This document shows, in pieces, positions 46,901 through 54,652 of a DNA stretch of 64,000 nucleotides. This DNA is from a virus (Duplodnaviria > Caudoviricetes), in the IMG/VR virus record IMGVR_UViG_3300034062_006701, one strand, 5' to 3'. Each line of letters starts with the position of its first letter. Position 1 is the first letter of the stretch. A program made the position numbers and the translations under genes. The notes below the pieces were generated by a model. It saw only the letters and a list, made by a program, of their open reading frames with translations, did not search any database and was not told where the DNA came from.

Positions 46901-48877
46901 ATGCGAACCATTATTACCACCAACATGAAGTACTTCAATACCTTGATCCAAATCATAGAATGAAGCAATGTCACCATCTCCATTGTTACCAATATATAAT
47001 GCAGGACCACTCCCTATGTGAACAACGCTCAAAGCACTTGTAACAGAAAAGACAGTGTTTGCAAACGTTGTAGTGCCTGTCGCTGTCAAGTTACCAAAGA
47101 CAGTTAAATTATTATTGATTCTTACAGGACCTGAAACTAAGCCACCAGTGAGATTGAGAAAGTTACTATCTACATAGTTTGTTGTAGCATATAATGCAGA
47201 ATTGCTAGCGTATACAGTAGAGATATTATATGCAGTATCCCAATTAGCACTCGTACTAATAACAAGAGCATTAACGTTAGGGTTACCAGCACCGCCTCCG
47301 CTCCCAGATAGAATATTAAATAAACTAACGCCACCAGAGAGATATTGACCGGTAACGTTCAGATCGCCATTCATCGTACCGCCATTAGCGTATTGTACAG
47401 CATTTGAACCACCACCGCCTCCGAGGTCAAGAATGCGTCTAGCGTACGACATGACCTCTTCTGATACCTTAGCTACCTTAGCGTCTGTATATTTTCTTGC
47501 GTCATCAACTAGTAACTGGACGTTCTTCTTCTCAGTGACAAAAGATTGTATTCTCTTGTTTATATCTTTAATGGTGGTGTTGAGCTCGGGGAGCTTTCCG
47601 TCTACTTCGCTCTTAAATTTATCAATTGAATACCCGACAGTGTTGAGTTTATCTGTTATTGTATTGTTTAAATTCTGCTTATGTTCATCAAGTAATACAG
47701 TTACAGCCTTATTTAACTCCTCTGTCTTTTCGTTAAAGATCCTTGAGGCTGTCTCCGTAGAGGAGGTTTTAAACTCACGAGACAGGTTGTTTTTATATTC
47801 AGCTAAATCTGTAGCTACCTTTTCACTAAATTGATCCTGTAAAATACCAGCTCTATTTACAAGAAGCACATCAACATTATCATTGTTTAAAGTTATTTTT
47901 TCAGTAACAATAACATCAAGTGACTTAGTTATCGTATCAATCTCTGAACCGATATTACGCTTATGCTCTTCTAGTTCTGTAATGATTTTTTCTGTAAAAA
48001 CAGCTTCAAGCTCAGAAGCACGTTCAAGAAGTAGCTTATCATTCTCAACAGAGGCCTGCTCTAATCTCTCTGCTAGAAGAGAATTAATGCTACTCTTAAT
48101 CTCATTTACTTGATTATCCTGATATTTCTTAACTTCCTCCAGATTGGCAGAAGATAGTGTTTCAAGATATTTACCGACATTAATTTGCTGATCATCAAAC
48201 TGTCCTTGTATAGATGCAACAGCTTCGTTAATTGCTTGCTCAAGAAGCTCTTTCTGTTGTTCACTAATACGAAAGGTTTCATGTAATAACTCTGACTTAT
48301 AATCCTCAAGCGTTTTTTGTATTCTACGATCATCCTCTAACACTATACGCTCTCTATTCAATCGCTGTACTTCAGCCTTAATTCTTGCTTGCTCCTCAAT
48401 AAGATGTGCTTCATATGATTTAACCCTTTCTACATATTCGCTAACATCTTCTGATACAGGTATTATCTGAAGATCATCAATCGAGTCCTCTATATTCTTT
48501 TCGTTACCGATAGTTACATCATAACTCTCTTCGATGAAATTAGGTAGTGTTGTGTGTTCGCTTATTGACGAATAAGAACCGAGTAAAGAGAGATTAATGG
48601 TTGATTGAGGTAGCTCTTTACTGCCTTCAACAGTGACGAGCTTAAAGCGGACACTAGGGTAAACACGACCATCAGGGAGCTGGATATCAGTCTCTAAATA
48701 GTTGTTGGTTGATTCTTGTATGTAGCTATGAATAAACTCATTATCCTTTGTAGAGATAATAGATACATTATCGAGACTCTCTTCGAGAGGTCGACAGAAT
48801 ATAACATTTTCAATACTCGAACTCTCGATAAAGGAACACGATATTCGATTATCAATGACTATATCAATAAGCTGCAC
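43958..48877 (-). CDS. very long fibre protein: coiled coil, Cys-rich GGxxN repeats, C-terminal C1q/TNF-like domain
   Basis: GTG start 5 nt after TAAATA; C-terminal RLTPTIPGYYHVDYQVAW...LNGTTDYLEF. Confidence 0.8.
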   Translation of the reverse strand: MQLIDIVIDNRISCSFIESSSIENVIFCRPLEESLDNVSIISTKDNEFIHSYIQESTNNYLETDIQLPDGRVYPSVRFKLVTVEGSKELPQSTINLSLLGSYSSISEHTTLPNFIEESYDVTIGNEKNIEDSIDDLQIIPVSEDVSEYVERVKSYEAHLIEEQARIKAEVQRLNRERIVLEDDRRIQKTLEDYKSELLHETFRISEQQKELLEQAINEAVASIQGQFDDQQINVGKYLETLSSANLEEVKKYQDNQVNEIKSSINSLLAERLEQASVENDKLLLERASELEAVFTEKIITELEEHKRNIGSEIDTITKSLDVIVTEKITLNNDNVDVLLVNRAGILQDQFSEKVATDLAEYKNNLSREFKTSSTETASRIFNEKTEELNKAVTVLLDEHKQNLNNTITDKLNTVGYSIDKFKSEVDGKLPELNTTIKDINKRIQSFVTEKKNVQLLVDDARKYTDAKVAKVSEEVMSYARRILDLGGGGGSNAVQYANGGTMNGDLNVTGQYLSGGVSLFNILSGSGGGAGNPNVNALVISTSANWDTAYNISTVYASNSALYATTNYVDSNFLNLTGGLVSGPVRINNNLTVFGNLTATGTTTFANTVFSVTSALSVVHIGSGPALYIGNNGDGDIASFYDLDQGIEVLHVGGNNGSHPNVGVKTSTPNKTLTVVGEISATSDITTSGKIYIQGDGNSDQWNTAYQAVSTNPFTIVSLTSSIDTVLGDNIASGIFSGVLGGDCNIASGTYSSIVGGFSSRATGYATFVGAGSGNRATGNYAVAVGGNKNTASGNYSSINGGCCNTASAAYNVVVGGRNNTASVGTFANVVGGLSNLAQGRASIVAAGNSNCAIGNCSSVGGGLQNCALAAPSNIAGGSCNAITASSAYSIIVGGLGNFNPLRDSIIGGGVANHTGGFAPFNITTASISGNGTQTRLTGTGIQSCFSFPFTTGNVSLYYATPTVPLSSGIFTTATIAATGTNFIVVNNDYSTCTSSGLSATSVYVYDRTINQTGYVNTIAGGKLNTASGRYSFIGGGASNTVTGSCSVIVGGCANTVIANCASILGGRGNIICTGGAAGTASGYLNQVIGNIGVAMGASNRACGSVNVVLGHANTTCGARTTISGGYRQTASGNYSNIAGGLCNTVLGAFSTIAGGKFNHNPLFNSSIVGGSFNHTGGFTPANITFGANLSGNGTNTALIATGIGSCFSASGTTGAVSLMWMTSGTANSTLSSACFTTANVVTNAANCIIINEDYSACRTGLSACSIFVYDRCLNIGGRNSFIGGGILNTASGCYNFVGSGFRNTSFGSFSFVGGGDTNTISTGSYNNIVGGITNTISTGNYNNIVGGLTNRICAGSYHSILGGLFNTVNSPANDVNTILGGSGNAICGGSRNTVSGYTNCITSGGASTVIGGRNNIASGGCIFIGAGCRNLVSSGFSVIVGGFCNTASGNYSFVAGGSANNTKGFANTFILGSSLSASKANYTYVNNLSVQGNIESNTNYVVTLSLTANQTANNASDTTVTLDPLNDPNNWFDRSTRRLTPTIPGYYHVDYQVAWVGGTSGSGNQNNIQIRRNDTSVALAQQPISDSNVNTTQNTADIAFLNGTTDYLEFIAYSSNAAQSIIGTSDGAWTKVEVFKIN

Positions 48878-48921
48878 GTGAGTATTTATGCGTTATTAGA
48901 AGTATTCAATCTATAAAAATG

Positions 48922-48949
48922 GAGAGAGAGCATATATATGCTCTCTCTC
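48922..48949 (-). terminator. intrinsic terminator-like hairpin
   Basis: perfect palindrome GAGAGAGAGCATATATATGCTCTCTCTC with a T-run on the minus strand. Confidence 0.7.
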
Positions 48950-48970
48950 GTTGTAGACTCTTAAAGTTTA

Positions 48971-49210
48971 TTAGAGAAATCTAACGTTACCGGAATTTAA
49001 AATTTCAGTAGCTTTACTGAGGACTGTCTCGTTAGTCCAGTTTCCAGCTGCAGTATACTCCTCTTCACCATCCCAAAGGACGACCGGGGAAGGGAGACCC
49101 TTAACTCTTGCAACAATCTTCTTCTCGAGGAAGAGATCTCTTACTGCTAAAACTTCAACTTCATCAATGGTAACGGTTTCTGCCGGTCTAAGTGTAAATG
49201 TAATGCTCAT
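48971..49210 (-). CDS. small late protein, paralog of 43707..43949
   Basis: shared motif; TAAATA at 49217-22. Confidence 0.8.
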   Translation of the reverse strand: MSITFTLRPAETVTIDEVEVLAVRDLFLEKKIVARVKGLPSPVVLWDGEEEYTAAGNWTNETVLSKATEILNSGNVRFL

Positions 49211-49233
49211 ATTGAGTATTTATTGTTTAAAAA

Positions 49234-49581
49234 TTATAATACTACAGAAATCAATTGATTTCTATTGGATAATTTTGTATATCCTGCTTTATTGTAAAAC
49301 ACTACATCAACTATACCGGTACCTGAAAGAGCGAATCCTGGTATAGTTACGCGTAAATTGTTGTTATCGATTGCTGCAAAGTATTTTTGTGGTAGATTAT
49401 AACCAGAAAATGGTGGACAAAAGCTTGATACCACTCTGTTTGTGGTAAATGTATTTACCGCTGTTAGACTTGGAAATCTAACAGTTCCAGAGCTTAAAAA
49501 AACATTTAATGTATAATTATACTGATAACCTTGTACATTAAGATAAGCGGTAGTGAGAGGTGATAATGTTATGAATTCCAC
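49234..49581 (-). CDS. beta-rich late protein (Ig/IPT-like?)
   Basis: GTG start 5 nt after TAAATA; GTGIVDVVFYNKAGY. Confidence 0.65.
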   Translation of the reverse strand: MEFITLSPLTTAYLNVQGYQYNYTLNVFLSSGTVRFPSLTAVNTFTTNRVVSSFCPPFSGYNLPQKYFAAIDNNNLRVTIPGFALSGTGIVDVVFYNKAGYTKLSNRNQLISVVL

Positions 49582-49611
49582 GATATTATTTATTAATATC
49601 GAGTAGGTACA

Positions 49612-49845
49612 TTAAATCTTAACCACCATACCTTCATCTGAATTCCAGCGATGAAATGGGTTTGTGTATTTACTAGGTTTTTTCTTAGGCTTGGAATTTA
49701 CGACACGGTATGGGTTCTCTGCTGTATAGTGCCATGAATACGTTTTTAAATGCTTAGAGACTTCCGACATTGTTTTAAAGGACAAACCAGGAAAAGAATC
49801 CCACGCACGCCCTGTCCACCTCTCAACGACAAATCTCATCGACAT
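49612..49845 (-). CDS. hypothetical protein
   Basis: start moved to MSMRFV. Confidence 0.65.
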   Translation of the reverse strand: MSMRFVVERWTGRAWDSFPGLSFKTMSEVSKHLKTYSWHYTAENPYRVVNSKPKKKPSKYTNPFHRWNSDEGMVVKI

Positions 49846-49846
49846 T

Positions 49847-50050
49847 TTAATTATTCTTTTTATTTTGCCAATGCGTTGCACCTCTCCACGTGAAATACAA
49901 AAACGACATAGCTCCCCAGTTAGTAAGGCTGTAAGCAATATGTAGATTGAACAGTGTATTTAAAGACCAGATAACACAGAGTGGAATAAAAATTATAAGT
50001 GCGAGAGCAATTATACATACGGTGAGTAAGCTAATAATTTTACTAATCAT
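49847..50050 (-). CDS. small membrane protein
   Basis: PLCVIWSLNTLF...W motif; start at 50050 fits promoter spacing. Confidence 0.7.
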   Translation of the reverse strand: MISKIISLLTVCIIALALIIFIPLCVIWSLNTLFNLHIAYSLTNWGAMSFLYFTWRGATHWQNKKNN

Positions 50051-50094
50051 ATCCATATGATAATTTTAAGAAATTAAAATGCAAGCTTAAAAAA

Positions 50095-50170
50095 TGGTGG
50101 AGCATGTCGGGATCAAACCGACGACCTGAAGCTTGCAAAGCTACCGCTCTATCAACTGAGCTAATGCCCC
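50095..50170 (-). tRNA. tRNA-Ala(UGC)
   Basis: cloverleaf, loop TT-TGC-AA, CCA encoded. Confidence 0.93.
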
Positions 50171-50177
50171 ATTAAAA

Positions 50178-50251
50178 TGGTAGGAGATGACGGTAACGCT
50201 CCGCCGAATCCTGAGTGTAAATCAGGTGTTTTACTTTTAAACTAATCTCCC
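50178..50251 (-). tRNA. tRNA-Val(UAC), non-canonical T-loop AGCGTTA
   Basis: CCTGA-TT-TAC-AC-TCAGG; CCA encoded. Confidence 0.85.
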
Positions 50252-50313
50252 TTATTTGTCTTTAGTATATAGACAGAAAGATAGAAAATCAAGATTGTAA
50301 TAATTCGAACTTT

Positions 50314-50386
50314 TGCCTGTAGTAGGATTCGAACCTACCCTTGATGGCTTCTAAGACCATTGCCTCTTCCGCTGGGCTATACAGGC
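50314..50386 (-). tRNA. tRNA with UAG (Leu) anticodon and a short variable loop
   Basis: ATGGT-CT-TAG-AA-GCCAT; 5-nt variable region; no CCA. Confidence 0.85.
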
Positions 50387-50393
50387 TTAAAAA

Positions 50394-50470
50394 TGGTACA
50401 ACCGGAGGGACTTGAACCCCCATAAGCCGAGGTAGAAGCTCGGTACTTTATCCAGTTAAGTTACGGTTGC
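50394..50470 (-). tRNA. tRNA-Arg(UCU)
   Basis: CCGAG-CT-TCT-AC-CTCGG; CCA encoded. Confidence 0.92.
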
Positions 50471-50493
50471 ATAAAAACCTATTATATAACCCC

Positions 50494-50700
50494 CTACGAT
50501 TTAAACAAGTCAAAAATTCCTTTTCTTTTATCAATTTCTTGAATAAAACCTTCGTCTTCGAGATAGTTCCTCAATGAGGCATAATGCTGTTCATCTATAG
50601 GTCCCCAGCCTTCAATCGTAACGTTCGTACCTACAACGTCGCACTTATATGGCTTGCCAAGAAATTGAATGTAGACGGTGTAATCGTTGTGTTGCTTCAC
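50494..50700 (-). CDS. hypothetical protein
   Basis: 68 aa; YLEDEGFI, compare 38436..38627. Confidence 0.65.
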   Translation of the reverse strand: MKQHNDYTVYIQFLGKPYKCDVVGTNVTIEGWGPIDEQHYASLRNYLEDEGFIQEIDKRKGIFDLFKS

Positions 50701-50964
50701 TTATAGAGTTGTAGAATAAGAAACTATAGAATCATGTCTAAACGATCGCCAAGCAGCCTTTTCCAGGTCCCAGACTGCGATACTTTCATCGTTCTGCTTC
50801 TTTTCCTTCTTAACCTCATCATCTTCCTTCTTTTCAATAACAGGAAGAAGTGACGGATTAAGTGTACAGAGCATGGTACGCACTGTACCGTCCTTCTTAG
50901 TGAAACAGACAGTAAGTGTATTTTCGTGAAGAAGCTTCTTAAGATGTTCTTTATCGTGAATCAT
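50701..50964 (-). CDS. WYL_2/DUF2693-like SH3-fold protein
   Basis: V.FTKKDGTVRTM.CT...VWDLEKAAWRSFR. Confidence 0.8.
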   Translation of the reverse strand: MIHDKEHLKKLLHENTLTVCFTKKDGTVRTMLCTLNPSLLPVIEKKEDDEVKKEKKQNDESIAVWDLEKAAWRSFRHDSIVSYSTTL

Positions 50965-50968
50965 AAGG

Positions 50969-51307
50969 TTACTTCTTAGTCCAGGAACGAATACCAGCTG
51001 TCCATGCCTTACAGCCCTTTTCGTTATTAAATTTAGTTGCATTGCCCCACGTGCTATTAGGATCGAGAGCCTTAAGCTTGTAATTTACAATAGGCCAGAT
51101 TTTATTAAAACGTAGCTTTTGTCCAAAGTACTTGTAGCTATGACCGAGACCATACTCAGTATCGTTATAATAAGCAGGCGGTAGATAGTCTTCATTAGGG
51201 AAAAGAACCTTGAATGTCTTTTCAATAATATTATCGATCTCAAATTTATTATGAAGCTCAGATCGATTGTAGAACTTCTTCCAGGTTGTTGGTGTTCTTT
51301 TTTTCAT
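50969..51307 (-). CDS. hypothetical protein
   Basis: start moved to MKKRTP. Confidence 0.6.
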   Translation of the reverse strand: MKKRTPTTWKKFYNRSELHNKFEIDNIIEKTFKVLFPNEDYLPPAYYNDTEYGLGHSYKYFGQKLRFNKIWPIVNYKLKALDPNSTWGNATKFNNEKGCKAWTAGIRSWTKK

Positions 51308-51311
51308 ATTT

Positions 51312-51467
51312 TTATTTCCGCTTCCTACCGGCATCACTACGCTGGGCACGGCTCTTCTGTCCGAACATACGCTGACGAGCTGCGGTAGCTTTTTGTTCTT
51401 TAGCTGCAAAGCTGTTCTTTGAGGTTGTAGCACCCCACACCTTAATTATTTTGTTTTTTGTTGTCAT
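51312..51467 (-). CDS. small basic peptide (51 aa)
   Basis: hand-translated; ends RSDAGRKRK. Confidence 0.55.
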   Translation of the reverse strand: MTTKNKIIKVWGATTSKNSFAAKEQKATAARQRMFGQKSRAQRSDAGRKRK

Positions 51468-51479
51468 AGAATGTTAATA

Positions 51480-51567
51480 TGGTAGTGCGGGTGGGATTCG
51501 AACCCACAATGTTTCTAATGTAAGGGATTTTAAGTCCCTTGCGTTTCACCAATTTCGCCACCGCACC
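51480..51567 (-). tRNA. tRNA-Leu(UAA)
   Basis: AGGGA-CT-TAA-AA-TCCCT, long variable arm, CCA; no intron. Confidence 0.93.
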
Positions 51568-51641
51568 ATATTTTTAAAAGTTATTCATACCTCCAAATTA
51601 GATCTATATAATATATCTTATTATACTGGAACGCAAGCATT

Positions 51642-51818
51642 TTATAGAGCTTCCAAAGCCTTCTTATAGTCATCTCGTTCAATAAGAGCGTGTCCATAAG
51701 CTTCAGCAAGTTCTACCAACTGCTTATCTTTGTACTTGATCTGATCTTCAAGTACTTTAATATGAAGATTCTTCTCTTTTAGAATATATTCGTACTCAGC
51801 TTGAATAGGAGTTGTCAT
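51642..51818 (-). CDS. small coiled-coil protein (58 aa)
   Basis: hand-translated. Confidence 0.55.
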   Translation of the reverse strand: MTTPIQAEYEYILKEKNLHIKVLEDQIKYKDKQLVELAEAYGHALIERDDYKKALEAL

Positions 51819-51821
51819 AAG

Positions 51822-52076
51822 CTATTGTGGAAGAGGAGGGCTAATAACAAAGATCTGATTGGTTTCAGTATCCAAAGCCTTAGCAACCCAATCATTTGGA
51901 TCAGCTTTGAATTCTGAGAATTGAGATATAGCCGAAAGAAGAGGTTGATTCCAGCTTACAACACTATCATATTCTTCTTTTGACCACTTCTTAGCATCAT
52001 CCATCTTAATAGGAATCATCAATCCTTCTAGGATATCGATGACCTCTTGGTTGTCCCATCCATTACGCTTAAGCAT
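51822..52076 (-). CDS. hypothetical protein
   Basis: 84-aa ORF. Confidence 0.65.
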   Translation of the reverse strand: MLKRNGWDNQEVIDILEGLMIPIKMDDAKKWSKEEYDSVVSWNQPLLSAISQFSEFKADPNDWVAKALDTETNQIFVISPPLPQ

Positions 52077-52278
52077 TGATTGTCTCCTTAACTAGTTCAA
52101 TAATGTCTGGGTTATGAATATGAGGTCCAAGATGGTAATCGGAGAAGACAAAGTATTGGTCTCCAGCTGCCGATCGAATCCTATTAACCTTATACCTGCC
52201 TTCATAAGCTCCTTTAAGCTCAACCTTATAGGTAGTTACATCAGCCCTATAAGCATCTGTAATTGTGAATGTACTCAT
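52069..52278 (-). CDS. hypothetical protein
   Basis: 69-aa ORF. Confidence 0.65.
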   Translation of the reverse strand: MSTFTITDAYRADVTTYKVELKGAYEGRYKVNRIRSAAGDQYFVFSDYHLGPHIHNPDIIELVKETINA

Positions 52279-52283
52279 ATGTT

Positions 52284-52583
52284 TTATTTTGGTGGTTCTT
52301 GTCCTGGTGATCCGTCAGTTCTCCAATTAATATAGATGCCTTCATTAAAGGCGTCAAGATTAATATAGTTATGAATTAAACTATAATCATGTTTCATCTG
52401 AAGGAAGGCTCCAATAAGCATTATAATAATTGGAACAATAAAGAAGATAGGCCAAACTTTAAGCCACATTCTATTAGCCCATCTAATGAGTTTCATCTTA
52501 TTATAGATGACATGGGCCTGGAAGTAGATCTTAGCCTTCCTCCAATGACCATGGGATAGATAATATAGAAGTTCTTTAATCAT
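52284..52583 (-). CDS. membrane protein
   Basis: one TM segment. Confidence 0.65.
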   Translation of the reverse strand: MIKELLYYLSHGHWRKAKIYFQAHVIYNKMKLIRWANRMWLKVWPIFFIVPIIIMLIGAFLQMKHDYSLIHNYINLDAFNEGIYINWRTDGSPGQEPPK

Positions 52584-52995
52584 TTAGGTACTCCAAACCC
52601 TTCTTATACTTCTCAATCTGTTTCTGAGATGGTGTATCATTCAGGTTATAGGTCATATCGGCAATCTTTACTGCCCTGGCTATAGCATTCTCCTTTACCT
52701 TCTTTAGATACTCTTCATATGAAAGATGATCAAACTTTGTTAGAATCAAGACTGCGTCAACTACCATCTTAGGCATTCCAATCTTCTGAAGATCCATGGA
52801 GTTATAATTCGTATCTTCAATGACATCATGAAGGTAGGCGGTAGCAATGTACTCAGGCTTCTGCGGCTTAACTAGCCTGGCGACACCATCAACATGCTTA
52901 AAGTATGGAGTAGTACCATCTCTACGGAACTGACCCATATGGGCTATCTGGGCAAAGTTCCTGGCCGTTGCTATAAGATCTAATCCGTCTTTCAT
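52576..52995 (-). CDS. HD-domain (p)ppGpp-hydrolase-like protein (SpoT/Mesh1 type)
   Basis: AH.GQFRRDG.TPYFKH, LHDVIEDT, VKIADM..NL. Confidence 0.85.
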   Translation of the reverse strand: MKDGLDLIATARNFAQIAHMGQFRRDGTTPYFKHVDGVARLVKPQKPEYIATAYLHDVIEDTNYNSMDLQKIGMPKMVVDAVLILTKFDHLSYEEYLKKVKENAIARAVKIADMTYNLNDTPSQKQIEKYKKGLEYLND

Positions 52996-53001
52996 ATTAC
53001 C

Positions 53002-53030
53002 ATAATAGATTCCAGAAGAAGGAATGACAA
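53002..53030 (-). promoter_or_regulatory. sigma70-type promoter
   Basis: TTGTCA-17-TATTAT, 6 nt, ATG. Confidence 0.7.
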
Positions 53031-53033
53031 GCT

Positions 53034-53201
53034 TTATTTCTCTATCAAAGTAAGCTCAGAGGCCGATCGATACATCTTCGAAGGCTGAATAGGTATGAGC
53101 TGAATAAGCGGATCATCCGGTCGATCAGAATCATTAATTGTATCCAATACAATATAATCCCAACCATCATACTCTACCCTATCTCCTCTTTTGAATTTCA
53201 T
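53034..53201 (-). CDS. small protein (55 aa, MKFKRGDRV...)
   Basis: hand-translated; SH3-like start. Confidence 0.6.
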   Translation of the reverse strand: MKFKRGDRVEYDGWDYIVLDTINDSDRPDDPLIQLIPIQPSKMYRSASELTLIEK

Positions 53202-53205
53202 ATTA

Positions 53206-53532
53206 TTAATAGTATTTTAATTGTACAGGCTTATTTGTGCAATCTAAAAACTCATTATTTTTAAATTCTACACACTTATATGTCCCTATTTCTTCAAGAT
53301 AGAGTTTATCGCCCAATGTCATGGGGTTAACATATCTTTTACCGTCTTTTGTAATGGGTGAATGGTTACAGATAAATCCAAGCTCACATGCTGCTTTGAG
53401 CAAGGATTTATCTTTACCTGTTCTTGATACTTTCTTTTGAGCTCGCTCTATAATCTTATGCGCTTTTTTAAAAGACCGTTCCAGGTCCTTAGCTTTTACA
53501 GCAACGTCTTTAAGAATATATTGCTTGGCCAT
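53206..53532 (-). CDS. hypothetical protein
   Basis: 108-aa ORF. Confidence 0.65.
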   Translation of the reverse strand: MAKQYILKDVAVKAKDLERSFKKAHKIIERAQKKVSRTGKDKSLLKAACELGFICNHSPITKDGKRYVNPMTLGDKLYLEEIGTYKCVEFKNNEFLDCTNKPVQLKYY

Positions 53533-53540
53533 ATTAGATA

Positions 53541-53699
53541 TTAATCTTCTGGATCAATTAGCTCTTTAATCTCTTCGTTAATCCTCTTGATTTCTTCGTT
53601 AAATCCCTTTGCAGCTGCCTTTTTACGGAGCTTCATGTCCTCGAGCTCTGTACAGAGTTGAAAAACGCGTGCTTCTTTTGTTGTGTTTGTTTGTGTCAT
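53541..53699 (-). CDS. small coiled-coil protein (52 aa)
   Basis: hand-translated. Confidence 0.6.
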   Translation of the reverse strand: MTQTNTTKEARVFQLCTELEDMKLRKKAAAKGFNEEIKRINEEIKELIDPED

Positions 53700-53838
53700 A
53701 AATTCTTGAATATATTAATAGCTTAGCCACAGGCATTCAAGTATAAAAATTATAAAACATACACATATTGTAATCATGATTATACGGTCGTGGTTCCAAA
53801 AATTTAACCAAGCTCGGTATAATTGATTTTTGTTCATA

Positions 53839-54603
53839 TCATGTTAAAGTACCTATTGAGGCTTGAGACTGTCTCTCATTTAATATTCTTTTATAGATGG
53901 TTTTAAGCACCGGCGCCGTATTAAAATCTAACCAAAGCATCTTATACCCTTTATCGTCGCAGTATTTTTCTAACGCCAGTTGCTTATAAGGTATAGTTCT
54001 ATTATAAGGGTGCTCTGATTGTATATTCCACTTTTGCTTTACCTCGACAATGCACGTTTTACTATCTATCCTACAAATAAAATCAGGATTAAATGTTCGA
54101 TGTGACCCGTCTTCCCAATAATTTAAAATACTTATAAATCGCTCAATACGATTCGCACCTAATTCATCAATGAGATATACAATACCAGCTTTTTCTAAAT
54201 TTGAATCAACATCTATTACCACATCTTTATAATTAAATGTTTCTCTTAATGTAGAGAAATTACCGTGCTCTTTGAGATAATTTTGCCTATTAATAGAACG
54301 TAAATAGCTCGCACATACCTTACTACATGTCTTTTTTTCGTAACCAGCTTGTGCTATAAAAGTATCACCACACGTTACACAAACACAATCGATGTACGTC
54401 CTTGGCCTATATCCCGGTGATCCTGGAATATTTCGCTTTCTACCTTTGAGGGACCGAGAGATTTTTAATTTTGTTGCTTCTGAGCGCACTCCCCTGTTAT
54501 TAGCGCAATTGCGCGAACAATATAATAAAGGTTTTGTTTTACGAACAACCCTATCCTTACGCCAATCATCAACTATTTCTTCTTTACAAGTTATACATTT
54601 CAT
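53839..54603 (-). CDS. free-standing PD-(D/E)xK (TnsA-N-like) endonuclease with zinc fingers and a NUMOD3-like motif
   Basis: YCSRNC, RSEATKLKISRSLKG, CVTC/CSKVC, FNPDF...IVEVK. Confidence 0.8.
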   Translation of the reverse strand: MKCITCKEEIVDDWRKDRVVRKTKPLLYCSRNCANNRGVRSEATKLKISRSLKGRKRNIPGSPGYRPRTYIDCVCVTCGDTFIAQAGYEKKTCSKVCASYLRSINRQNYLKEHGNFSTLRETFNYKDVVIDVDSNLEKAGIVYLIDELGANRIERFISILNYWEDGSHRTFNPDFICRIDSKTCIVEVKQKWNIQSEHPYNRTIPYKQLALEKYCDDKGYKMLWLDFNTAPVLKTIYKRILNERQSQASIGTLT

Positions 54604-54652
54604 AAGATTTGAACCTATAATTATTTAGTCTCTAGGTTCGAGTCCTAAAGAG

